Notes under the pieces: generated by a model | What the model was told of the DNA's origin: nothing | The model's input: the letters and a program-made list of their open reading frames with translations, nothing else | Databases searched by the model: none | Program-made: the position numbers and the translations under genes | Part shown: piece by piece, positions 10,301-22,143 of the stretch | How positions within the stretch are numbered: the stretch's first letter is position 1 | Layout of the letters: the number at the start of each line of letters is the position of its first letter | Source: Cercozoa sp. M6MM | Lineage: Eukaryota > Protista > Endomyxa: Ascetosporea | Reading direction: 5' to 3' (one strand) | Length of the DNA: 37,059 nt | Assembly: GCA_040357565.1 (NCBI GenBank) | Contig: JBDODJ010000113.1

Positions 10301-12779
10301 ACAAGGTGCACTGTGTCAACAGACTTGAACATTGCCTTAAATGCAAACTGACTATGTACCACGGCTTGATTGTCAGGTACAGCGATGGCACGCCACAGCA
10401 CACCCTCTAGAGTTCGCATTTGTTCAGATCTTTTCAACGAAAAGTGCAAACAAAATAAACTACCACGCAAGTACTCGTCCTGTTCGTTTCGGATAACATG
10501 CGCATTAAAGAGTGCTTGGAGTTCCTCTGTGAGCACAATCGAAAAATGATGGTTGAAAGAAACACATCAAGAACGACACAGCATACCGTTGGCGTAGTTG
10601 ATGCACAGCTGTTCGAACGAATTTGTCGCCTAAAACAGTAAATAAATGTTAAAGTTAAAATTTATCACTATCAAAAGAGACAAAAAGAACGGCACAAAGT
10701 TCTCAAAGCCGAAAACGTCGAGAATTCCGACGAAATTGTCGCTTTCTTTTTCTTTTGGCGCGAGAATTTCGTTCACTCGCGAGACCTGCGCAAGGGGTGT
10801 GCCTTCTAATAGATCTACAAGTAACACAGAGACACACCAAGTGGTTGAACAAGCGCGCATAGATGTCTTTGGCCATCGCATCGCGATTCCTCTGGCACTC
10901 CTCCAAGCCTGCAAAGTCTCACATGAGTGCATAAAACTAAAAACGCCTCAAAAGCTGTGCATGGTGACTGTACTCAATGGCTTGGTGATCTCGCCGTCGC
11001 GAGTGCTGATGGTACGACTCAACAGACGCTGCTCACAGCAAAATGCTGAACTGTATTCTCAAAAAACTCAAAGGAAACTGCAGGTACCTTCTTGAGTGCA
11101 GCACGCTGAACGCCGAACAAATCTGCGCTTTTCTTCACGCTGTCGTCGTTTTTGATGCGTGCGCCCTTCTCACAGAAAAATTAGATCAAAGTAAAAAAAT
11201 AATATCAGTTGACTTGAGCTACCTCAGCATGCCGCTCGAATTGAACGTTGCTGAGGTGCAGAATCGCTGCGAGCACTGCGTACAGTCCGCGCAGCTCGTC
11301 CGTTGACATGCCTGTGAAACAACAATACGAGACACATATCATGAACAAAAGTGAAAAAAGGTACGCAAATCATCCTTGAGTGCACTGTGCGTGGCAGCAA
11401 AGTCAGTGGCGTCGATACTGTCCTGTCGCGCCATCTCCTCGCGTGTTAGCGCCTGAATCTTTACCTTGCGGCCTGTGTTGCCTCCTGTGCCGGCAACAAC
11501 GGTCTCTGCGGCACTGCATAGCGTGCGAAAGTCCGTGCAGGAACGACCACTCATATGCAGGGTCTGGGCGAGGTCTGGCTCGACACCTTCCAGTCCGCAC
11601 AGAAGCTAATCGAGTATTTCGACATATGAACGAACAACTCGACTAAAACACTCGAGCGAAAGCTGAAGCTGACTGTACCTGATGGAAGATGTGAAAATTT
11701 CGCTCGCCACTCGACTGGATTGACACACGACTCTTCTCCAACAAGTACGTGTCCACTTTGGCACCGCAGATACTGCCTTGTTTCTGAAACAAAAAGTTCA
11801 TGTGTGTGTGTGTGTGTGTTTTTGCAAATTTAAATTGAAGAAACGCACCGAATACAGCAGTCGAATGAACTTGCCGAAACGCGACGAGTTGTCGTTCATT
11901 GCCGTGCGTGCGTTGCCAAAAGCCTACAACTCACTCAATAAATTGACTTTTTTTAAATATATGGAAAGTGAGGCACCTCAAACAGCGGATTCGTGGCCAC
12001 GAGTCGTTTCGCGACGCCTTTTTTCTTTTTGTCAGCGCTGCTGGAGATTTTGGTCAAAAATCGCAGCAGAAACTTGGCGCTTTCGGTTTTACCGGCGCCA
12101 CTGCACAAAAGACAATCGGTTTAGACAGTCAAACATAGTGTCTTCAATCAGAAACTTTCAAAATACAACGATTTTATTGAGAAAAACTCACCTTTCACCA
12201 CTCACGATGACAGATTGCGAGTGCCCGTTGGCACGTGCCATGTGCACCTCAGCACCCGTGCGGAATACATGAGGCATTGCACCCTGTTTGTTCTGCATAT
12301 TGATTCAGCCAAGTCTTCAGTCAAATTCAGTGTCGACAAATACAAAAAAACAGTCATACCCGCACACCCCGAGCGTGTTGAGAACACGCCGACAGTCGCT
12401 CTGCCGTGTAGAGTCCTCGGATCACCTGGTACGGGTTAACAGCAACCATTACACTGCCCATGGCCGTGTAAACTTGCTGAGTCTCGAACCGGCGCCGAAG
12501 ATTGTCACTGCCCAGTGTACAACAGTCAAAATTCAAAAAGCAGTCAACAACGCTCTTCCGCGCGTCTGCAGAACTTTGAAAATCCACTTACAGAACAGCA
12601 GCTTCGCTCAGCTCCGGCAGCGATGTCATTTCGGCCGCGCCCTCGCGTTTGACGCCTGAAGGATCATTTAACAAGCAGATTTCGGTCAGTTGGAGAGGAA
12701 GCAAAAAAGTGGAAAAACCGAGCGAGTCGAGTCGTTGCTTGGCAGCAGCAACATCGTACTCTTGGCGAAGCTGCGACAT
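7373..12779 (-). CDS. Unconventional myosin heavy chain with a short neck and a PH-like tail domain
   Basis: Spliced motifs: VAVNPY, P-loop [122 protein letters not shown]. Tail [18 protein letters not shown]...[23 protein letters not shown] is PH-like. Confidence 0.95.
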
Positions 12780-13159
12780 CTCAGTTTTCGATTCGCGAGC
12801 TTAATACTTCGTCCTTGAAAGGCAGATGCCGAGACTCACAGCAACTTTAGGCTGCGCAGCGTGTCTCGCAGACTTTTTGTGCGTTTTTTATTCGCGAAAG
12901 AGCGCACGATTCCGCAAGAAACGCCAGCGAGAAACCATCCCGTCTAAACGGCGAATAAACTGCACCAAATCAAAGCTGTGCGTTTTTTGTTGCGCTTGGC
13001 GGATAAACGGAATCTAAGTCCGATCATCTGTGCAAAAGTTGTTTTTGCAAAAAAAAAGTGAGAACTGTAAAAAAGAAGTGCAGTAACTTACAGGGCGAAT
13101 ACAAAGTGTGTAGTGTCTTTTTTGGGGTTGAAATTGACTCAAGCACGCACAGACGCACG
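12780..13159. promoter_or_regulatory. Probable bidirectional promoter between myosin and the BioD-like gene
   Basis: 380 bp between two divergent start codons. Inferred from geometry only. Confidence 0.5.
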
Positions 13160-13729
13160 ATGGCACCGATCCATGTGATGGTGATGGGCGATCGGAGCGG
13201 CGTCGGCAAATCCACAGTCACTCTTGCCGTTCTACAGGCGCTTTTGGTAGTTCATGTGGCCTTTAATGTAGACACAGGAATGTAAACTAAGTTCTGGTGT
13301 CTGTAGACGGAGTACGATGCATCAGAGGTGGCGTATATCAAGCCTTGCACACAGTGCGTGACACCGACGCGCGTGACACGCTTCTGCTGCTCTAAGAAGG
13401 TAGGGTTCAGTGTGTTAAGTTGGTTCATTTGGACCGTTTATTTTCTCAGATAAAATGCCGCGGAATTGGACCGGTGGTGTTTCACCGCGGCTACTCGCAC
13501 CGAGCCATCGCGCAGCTGGAGGACGAGTCGAATGACGGCTGGACACATCGCATGACCGAGGTGGTTGACTCCATTCGCCAAGTCGGACGAGACAAGGTAG
13601 TGAATGCGCTTTTTCTTGCCTTCTGAACTGTCATCTTATTTGAGTGTGCTCATATAGAAAGTTGTGCTGATTGACGGTGTTGGTTATCCCACTGTTGGCA
13701 CTTGCTGCGGTGTGAGGTACCCACATAGA

Positions 13730-13768
<39 letters not shown>

Positions 13769-14521
13769 GAATTATCTATCATATAAATATATAATAAACA
13801 TCCCTATATATATATATATATATAAATATATAATTGATGTGCAGCAACGCAGCCGTAGCCAAAGCAGTCGATGCCAAGGTGTTGCTTGTTGGGCGGTACG
13901 CTTTAGTAATGAGAGGGGTCCCCTTTGCTAGAGGTGTGCGTGTGCAAACAGAGACGGCGTAGGTGACGCGATCGACATGTTGACACTCACGCTGACGTAC
14001 CTGCGGGCACAAGAGTGCGATGTTCTTGGTGTCATCTTCAACAACTCCAAGGAACCGAGGTAGTATTTGTTGAAGTCTTGGGCGGTGTTTACTTGTTTAC
14101 ACTTAAGTTAATATCGTGTAGTGGACGACACACTTATGAGCAGTGTCGTCGCTTCGTGTCGCTCTTCTTTGCCAAACACGACTCGACTCTTCGCATTTTC
14201 GGACACCTGCCCTTCCTCCAATTGGGGTAATTTCTTTGCATTGTGCTTAACACACGTGTACTTTCCTTCTTGGGCAGCGACAGCGAAGAGCGCAGCTGCA
14301 CCTTGTTTCGTGAAGAGAAACGCGCCGAATTCGAGACAAGTGTACTCGTTTTTTCTCTCTGTTCCATGCCTTCTGGATCCAAGTTTATTCTCCTTGTCCA
14401 GGTGGCTACGACACCGCTAATGCCTGGCGAAGAAGCACATGCCACGGCCTTGTGGCAGCACTTTGCAGAGCACGTCAATGCCGCTTCTTTGCTGCGACTC
14501 ATCTCCTCCGATGCAAATTAA
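13160..14521 (+). CDS. Stand-alone BioD/dethiobiotin-synthase-like (AAA_26) P-loop ATPase
   Basis: Spliced: VMVMGDRSGVGKSTVTLAVL, AYIKPCTQC, VVLIDGVGYPTVG..GVSNAAVAKAVDAKVLLVG, GVGDAID, VLGVIFNN, IFGHLP. This is the motif order of the BioD / Pta N-terminal family. TAA at 14519-14521. Confidence 0.8.
13729..13832. repeat. (AT)n microsatellite tracts, intronic
   Basis: Seen directly. Confidence 0.9.
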
Positions 14522-14871
14522 GTCGAGTCACGACGAGAAGCCAACGCAATACAACTGAACTTTAGTACGGTATGAGCGTACTGTACTTAGGACCGGTTGA
14601 TTCGATTATTTAGCTAGCATGCATACTAGTAGGTAGGTACTGGATAAATTTACACGACAGTACAAGCTTGGACCCGACCGAGAGCCGGTCGGTATGTCTT
14701 CCCAGGTCTAGAGCTGACGTGGCTGGGTACAGTACTACGGAACTGCATACCGTATTAGTACTGTGTAGCACTACGCTACAACCGATAAACTCAGGTTTGA
14801 AGAAAGTCAAATTTGAAAGCTGACGGGGACGCTTAGTACAAAAGACGAGACCTAATGCAAGTGTAGCCAAG

Positions 14872-17800
14872 CTAACTAGAGTCGCCGCAGTCGGCAGCAG
14901 CAGGAACGTCGGCAAAGTAATGCTGCACCGCCTGACGAAAACGATCGCGGTAGGTCTCGGGGTCCTGCAGGTGCGCTCAGTTCAGGGAGTAAGAGGGGGT
15001 GAGGGGGGGGGGGGGTAAACCGTAACAGTCGGTCTGGCAGCGCCGACGAGACGACCGACGGATTTGATTTGTTCCTCAAAGAACTCGGACAGCGAGTACA
15101 GTCGGAAGTAGTCGATGATGCCTGTATTAGTTGTATTGTTGTTTTTCTGGCGAAAACAACAAGAACAGAGCTACCTGCGACGAAAGAGTCATGTGGCGTT
15201 GTGCACTCCTCGCTGCGCAAATTGAATGTCTTCCCCCCCATTTTACCCCCCTTAACCCCCTACCTAATGGCAGGCAACGCGTCAGACGCATGTCGGCGCA
15301 AGTGTTCGGCCGAGTCGACAGGCAGCACCTTGTCCTGCCAGAGAGAGAAAGTTTTATCCCTCCCTTTACCCCTCTGTATCCTATATACAGGCAAATTCTT
15401 GCAGGTGATTGCGTGTCTTTCGTCAAAGTAGCGGTGCTTCCACAGGTGCACTCCGACCTACACTAGATTTATACCCCCCCTCTTACCCCCTCATAGGCCC
15501 AATGTTACCAGAAGTGAGTAATCGACAATGCCGAGTCGGCAGAGGAAGTCGCTATCTCGCCAGAGTGCCTGTCGGAGTACTTGGTGCGACGTGTGCACCA
15601 GACCCAGAGGCATGCCGCGTGTCCACTCGGTGAAGTTGCTGTCCAACAACACACGCGACTCGGCGCTCTCGCTCGCTTCTTCCTCTGCCGCCTCCACCGG
15701 CCGCTGCGATGTCGTCGTCTGTCCGGGGAGGGGGGAGAGGGGGGTAAGGGGATAGGGGGGAAGAGGGGGTAAACCATCTTGTTGTCACTCGTGTAGCGCG
15801 CGTAGCGATTGCGCCGACTGCCTTTGAGATCAAAGACGCGCCACACCTTGTCTGCAGGGGGGGGGGGGGGGGGGCAAGTAAAAGGGGTAAGGAGGGGCAG
15901 GCAGGTAATACGCGGATCCGACGTGTCCGAACCAAAGAACAAATTCGGCATGACCCTGTTCATTCGGGGGAGGGATATATAGGGGGGTATATGGTGGAAG
16001 GTAAAGACGGGAGGGGTATAAACGCACATCAAGTAGTGCACGTGCTGCTGTAGCCACTCACTCAACAAGGATCCTTCCTTCGTCTTTCTCTCCGCACTAC
16101 CAGGGGGAGGGGAGGGTAAAATGAGGGGTGAAGAGGGGGGTAAAGAGGGGGGTAAAGATGGAGGAAAAGGTCTACCGCGAACTAGCGCGCTCATGATCGC
16201 TGGTGTTGAGATCGACACGGTCGTCGGCGTCGTTGCAGTCGTCGCTGTCCGCGCGGAGGCTACTGCGACTGCTGGTGTGACCACCGGTCCCGACACTGTC
16301 GGCAGTGTCACCGTCGGCACCGTCCGTGTCTCGGTGAACAATCATGTCGGGTTCCTTGTTGTCGCTGTCGTCCAAAAATTCAACAGTTTCGTTCAAATTC
16401 GCCGTTTGTTTCGACCACTTCACTTTGTAGACGCCTGCACAGTTATACCCCCGTTTACCCCCCTTTTACCCCCTGTTTACCCCCCCCCCCCCCTATCCCC
16501 TACCCAGGAGAGGTTCCAAAAGCGAGGCGCGTCGCTCAAAGTGGCCTCCATCAGCACTTGGCACGCCCACGAAACTGTCGCTCCAGTGCGCAAAGTATTC
16601 GCGCGCCTGCTGCAGGAACACCTCCACGTCGCTCTGCATACACACACGGGGGTAAGGATAGTAAGGTAGGGCCAATATGGAAGGAGGAGGGGGGGGGGGG
16701 TAAACGTACTTTGGACACGAACTTGACGACGAAACGGTCGTCGCGAGTGCGTCCAAAATGCGCGCGCGATTTTCCGCCCGTCGCTTCGAAAGTGTCGCTG
16801 TGCGACAGTGCGTCCACAAAGGCCTAGGCACATACCCTCCTGTTTACCTACCTTACCCCTTTACCGCTCTATTACTGTCTACCTGTTCGACGTCGAAATC
16901 CTCCGACAGAAGCGAAATCGCGGCGCGACGCAGCGCGCGAAACCGCGCGGCATAATAAACCGTGCATTCCACCGTCGCCTGAGTCAGAAAAAGCACCGAT
17001 CAAAAGGCATCAGTGGTCACCCACGTGGTCACTCTATCAGCCGTACCGAACTGTCGACACGGACGCGCATGTGCATGTGCTCGCTGTGTGCCGGATTCAC
17101 CTGAGGGGTTGGAGGTAAGGGGGTAAGGGGTAGGGAAAACGGGGAGGGGGTAAAGTCTACAGGCGCATGGAGTGTGCGACGCAGCCGCTCTACATTCGGA
17201 CGTTGCTGCCGCGTCGTCATGCGATTCGACGAGTCCAAGCAGTGCGCCACCTGGGGGTAAGAGGGGGTAAAGAGGGGTAAAGAGGGGGTAAAGAGGGGTA
17301 AAGAGGGGGTAAAATAAGGGTGAAACGAACCCAAGATGCAGGCTCGCTGATGCGAAGCGGAATGACGGAATCGCCGACCCATTTGTTTTCATCTACAGTG
17401 GAGGGGGGGGGGGTAAAAGGGGAACAGGGTAGAAAGGTAAAGGGAAGGGCGAACAGAAGGGGTAAACTACCAGTTGCATCGTCGTTCCCGTCGCTTTCGC
17501 CTTCGCTTTCGCTTTCATTTTCGGTTTCGGTTTCGCTTTCATTTTCGGTTTCGCTTTCATGTTCGGTTTCGTTTTCGCTTTCGTCGTATTTGAAGTCGTC
17601 CAGCTCGAACTCGATTTGATCGTGTTCGCGATCACTCTGATCACCAGTGTGACCGACGGTGCGATCTCCGGTGCGACTGCCGGGTTCACTGACGGTCAGG
17701 TCGCTCAGTACACTGTTGGTAATACTGGCGTCCTGTGCGCTGTAGCACGTGCGCGCGTCAAAGTCGAGTGCTTCCTGCGTCGGCACGATCACCATCGACT

Positions 17801-20800
17801 CACCTCGCGCCTGCTCAACTCACAAGCCCAAATCAATGCAACTCGAATAAACTCAACTTTGCTCGAATCAACTCAACTTCGGTCAATTTAACCAACCTCA
17901 ACTCAACTGAAATCAACAAACTCAGCTCAACTCAATTCAATTCGACTCTGTCAAACAGGACTCAAGTTGAAACAAAAGCAAGAAGCCAGCCAACCAACAG
18001 TTCAATAAAAAACGTTACTAAATGATATAGCTTGAAAAAGAGACAACCACTCCTAACTCAACAAAACCCAACTCTGCTGAGCTTAAACAAAATACAAACT
18101 CAAAAGCAAGGAAACAACAACAAAAGAATAGAAACAATACACTTCGCATCTCCGCCTTGAGCGGCATGATCGAATCGTTGATATGCGTGATCAACTGAAC
18201 AGAGACATTCAAGGTGAATACCGCACATGCAACCTTTATCGAACAATTCGTACTCTTTCTTCATGTTTGTGCAACTTTTGCATCAACTCCAGAACTAAAA
18301 AACGACGAGGTCTGCGTTTTTCCCAAAAGTACAAAATACAAAAAATAATCAATACATGGCCGTAGTTGCGCGCGGTCTTCCTGTTTCTGTTTCTTGAGCA
18401 CTACAACACATCAAATACCTTCAAACACAGTTCCCAGAAAGTCAGTCATACCCAAGCGAGACTCGAGGCACACGGCATCGACGCCGTTTCGCAACAGCTT
18501 CGTCAAACGTTCCTCGCTGCAGGTGTTCAGTTTAGACATCATCAGGAATCAAAGAGAGAAAGGGTACCTCAGCACAGACAAAGGACCGTAGATTGCACGG
18601 GTCGACGCAAACAAGGTTCTAAAGCAACTTAAATTCAAACTCAGACGAGCATTGTTTTTTTAAACAGCAAATCACCTCGCTCGACTGCGAATTTCGTCGC
18701 TTTTCCCAAGAATTCGGCGCGCCGTTCGTTTCACTTCAAGAGAGTGACACATTCAAAACGCGTTGGACAGATGGATGCATTTTCAAAGGTACCCAACTTC
18801 CAGAGACTTCTCGCACGCGAGCTACTCAACAATGGAAAGCCAGCTTTGGCAAAACTCACAGGGAAAATACACTCGGAGCGAAGACGGCATTCGAATTCGC
18901 GTGGCTGCAGCAAGGTCGAGTCGGCACGGTTCCATCGTACTAAACTCGACTACGATAAAGCAAACAAACCAGATTAAAACCTGTCAAAAATACCGAACTT
19001 CAAGCGCGACGACGCGACGTGCAATGACGAAAAAGAGCGTTTTGTTGCCGCGGCCGTGCTCTCGCAGCAGCACTGGACAATATAAAAATACCCTGCTTCT
19101 AAGCAGTCAAAAACAATTTGAACTTACAGTCAACAAAGGCGCCGAGTTGAATGCCCATTGCAAAGGGTGACTGTTTTAAACAAAAGACAGAATACATCGA
19201 AAAAATCCAGTCAGAACAAGTAGTACTACCATGAAGCGAAGGCCGTGGGGAACAACGCCCGTGTCGGTGTGCACACACATGTACCACACGGGCGAACGCT
19301 CATCGCGAAACAACCGTCGCTCAAGAGCTTCCAACCCGCCCTGCAAAATCACAACTTTCGTCTGGCCCAAGATAGATTAGCCAAGTAAAAGCCCTTGTAC
19401 CGTGTTGTTTCGTTTTCGTGAAACGTCGGGCGCCGTTGCCACAGTTTCGTGCATCCGCGCGGACAGAAAGAGCAAGGCTCGCAAGACCTTTTCTTGCACT
19501 TGATCGGTTTTCCTGCTCAAGCATGCAATTCTAGCAGTTCTATTTTGACAACAGAGTTAAATCACAGCGTACTGCGCGTGCCGACCGACAGGCAAAACTC
19601 GTGCAGTGACTGGACATACAGAGCAAAAATCAAACATCAATATTCAAAGCCAAATGGACACACAAAAGCACACCGACGCAGTCTCCACGTCGTAAAACGC
19701 GAAAGTGTGTCACGGCAGGCGATCGGCACTTTTCGTCAGCACACTTTTCAAAATAAAAGACATGAACGAGACTCGAGAAAGATTAAAAACAGAAGAGTGC
19801 TACGGCGTTGAGACAGTCGACGCGAAGAAACTCGCCGAGTGACACTGCAGTCGGCGACACCATTGGTCTGTGCAAGTCTTCTGTATTTGCTAATGGGTTG
19901 GTCCAAAAAAAAACTGTACCGAGTGAGTTGGACGAGGCGCGTTTCTTGACATTGCACTTGCGTACTTTCGCACCTGCAAAAAGAAGGCATCAAGGGATCA
20001 GAAAACTGACTTAACTAACGGTACATGTGCAGATCGGTTGCGAAGGTTTTTTGCGGAATCAGCGACTTTACAAAGGACTGGAACAACAAATATTTTGATG
20101 TGTTTAGACGACGAAAAGAAAGACACCATCATCGCAGTTGAATTCTTCATTAGTTTCTCCCAGTCTAAACACATGAACTCGTCAGATAATCCACTACCCA
20201 TTTACAGAGAAACCTACCGAGATGCATCAGCATATCACGTCGCAAACACAGGACACGGAGTGCCTCGTGTGCTCCGGCCAATGCGTCCGCAGTGGCTCTA
20301 AAACATTAACAATCGCGTTTGACCACTCAAAAAGAAAAAGTCGGGAACCTTCGCAGCTGTTTCGTCATGTCTTCGAGCGACAAAACACCGCGTTTCTGCG
20401 CCTATTGTAATGAAAGATATTCCAATAGCTTTGTTTATAAAGAGCGAGCATACTTGTAGTTTGTAGATGCACAAGAGAAGCGACATTTGCGCCGGGGAGC
20501 CGCAGCCTTCGACCTACAATGAAGGATGACAGAGAAGCAAAAGTAAGCATGAAACAAAGCAAACCAGAGTGATGGCAGCACCGCGTCGACCGCTCTCTTC
20601 TTGGAATGTCGGCAATCGCACCACCTGACAAACAGAGCACCAGTCTCTCATCGATTCATAAAAAAACATGAAGTTTTAAGTAAAGGCACCCTCAGAGTGG
20701 CTGCTCGTCCCAGAACGGCATCGGCGGCCAGTTCGTCGCTCATGTCGCACACACCTGCACAAATCTCAAGAAGATTGGAATACGAAAGCATGAGCTTGAA

Positions 20801-22085
20801 GCGAAAACGTACGCACAGAGAGTGCAGCAGCCGCTGCGTTTCGCAGCACGCGAATGTGATCGACGCTGCGAAGCACACGTGCTCCTATTTCGCAGGTATT
20901 GTAAGTCAAAAATAGCTTTCATGAGTTGACAGAACAGTAGTACCAGTTGCACGTGCGAGACGACGCATCGAATACGCAGGAACCTAATAGTACTTTTCTT
21001 TCACGATTTAAACACGTGAAACGAACAAGAGTTACATGAGCGAAAACTGTGACGCCAGCTTCCAAAAACAAATCCAGCGCACGACCATCGACTCGTCCCT
21101 GAAAGCAACTCAAGCTTGCTCGTACCAAACTGGCGAAAAACAATATTACTTGCACAAAGACGACATTTGGTAGCAGTTGGAGCACTTTAGCCACCTAAAC
21201 GAAACAATAAAAATGAAAGGCACAATCAAGCTTCTCGAGTTTCGTCCGCGCGGATAAAACGAAAAATACCGTAATGTCGATGAACTCGGCATGCTCTCGA
21301 GTGAGAACTTCCAGCGTTTCCAAGGAACGTGCCTCTAGCGTTGTTGCAAAGTCCAAAGCACACGCCAGGAGAACTAAAGTTTAAACAAACGGATCTTTAT
21401 CTCGACTAAAAAAAATGAAAGCTACCAATCGCAGGTCGTTGGATCAGACTTGGCATACTCCGATGTGCCTGAAAGAAACAAAGTCACACACACACACTCA
21501 TGTAATAAAGCTCTAACAGAAGCCTACAGGAGCGGCGTGCAAAACGACGCCATCCACGGCACGCGACGGACCGATCACTTCTGCAAACGTGATAGGAAAT
21601 ATCCACGAAAAAGAGGCAGGGTATTGATACCATTGGTGTGGTCAACCACAACCGTGGCAACATGGATCAACTCGCGAATGTCACGTGGTGCATCCGGCAA
21701 CGCAGCAGACGCACTGAACAGTGGAGAAAATATAGTCAGTTCACTCACGGAAAAATACAAAAAAACACAAAATTACAGTTCGTTCTCGTCACGCGCAACC
21801 CGTGTGGCACGTTTCTGGGCCTGAACACGGTCAAATTAAGTATGTGGACACTTTGGCACACATTAGAACTCTACCTGTCGCACGAGATCCGAAGCCGCGT
21901 ATTCTGTAGTTTCGGCATTTTGCGATTTTATGGCTTCCTCGCGTGCTCGCTGAGAAAAAGGGTAAAAGAGGGAAGGGAGGTAAATGAGTGAAAATGCCCA
22001 ACTTACAACGAAAGCACGCGCAGCGTCTGGTCGGATCCGCGCGGAAGCGTGTCGAACCAGCGGATACAAACTAAACTAAATAATT

Positions 22086-22143
<58 letters not shown>

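Noticed and set aside
15505-16669. Long antisense or alternative-frame ORFs (also 22709-23431 and 34505-35281)
   Set aside because: Shadow ORFs of GC-rich exons and stop-poor C/G-rich introns, with no recognisable motifs of their own.
17251-17330. Interstitial telomeric repeat
   Set aside because: The unit is GGGGTAAA(GA), not TTAGGG, TTTAGGG or TTTTGGGG. It cannot be called telomeric without the species' real repeat, so it is kept only as an intron-class finding.
17490-17590. TTTCGC/TTTCGG hexamer repeat
   Set aside because: Ordinary coding low complexity (acidic ESENETE tract in Fab1).
20227-20229. Apparent in-frame TGA in a Fab1 exon (Sec or readthrough)
   Set aside because: Wrong frame. 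Correct phasing from the previous exon reads RRATADALAGAHEALRVLCLRRDMLMHL with no stop.
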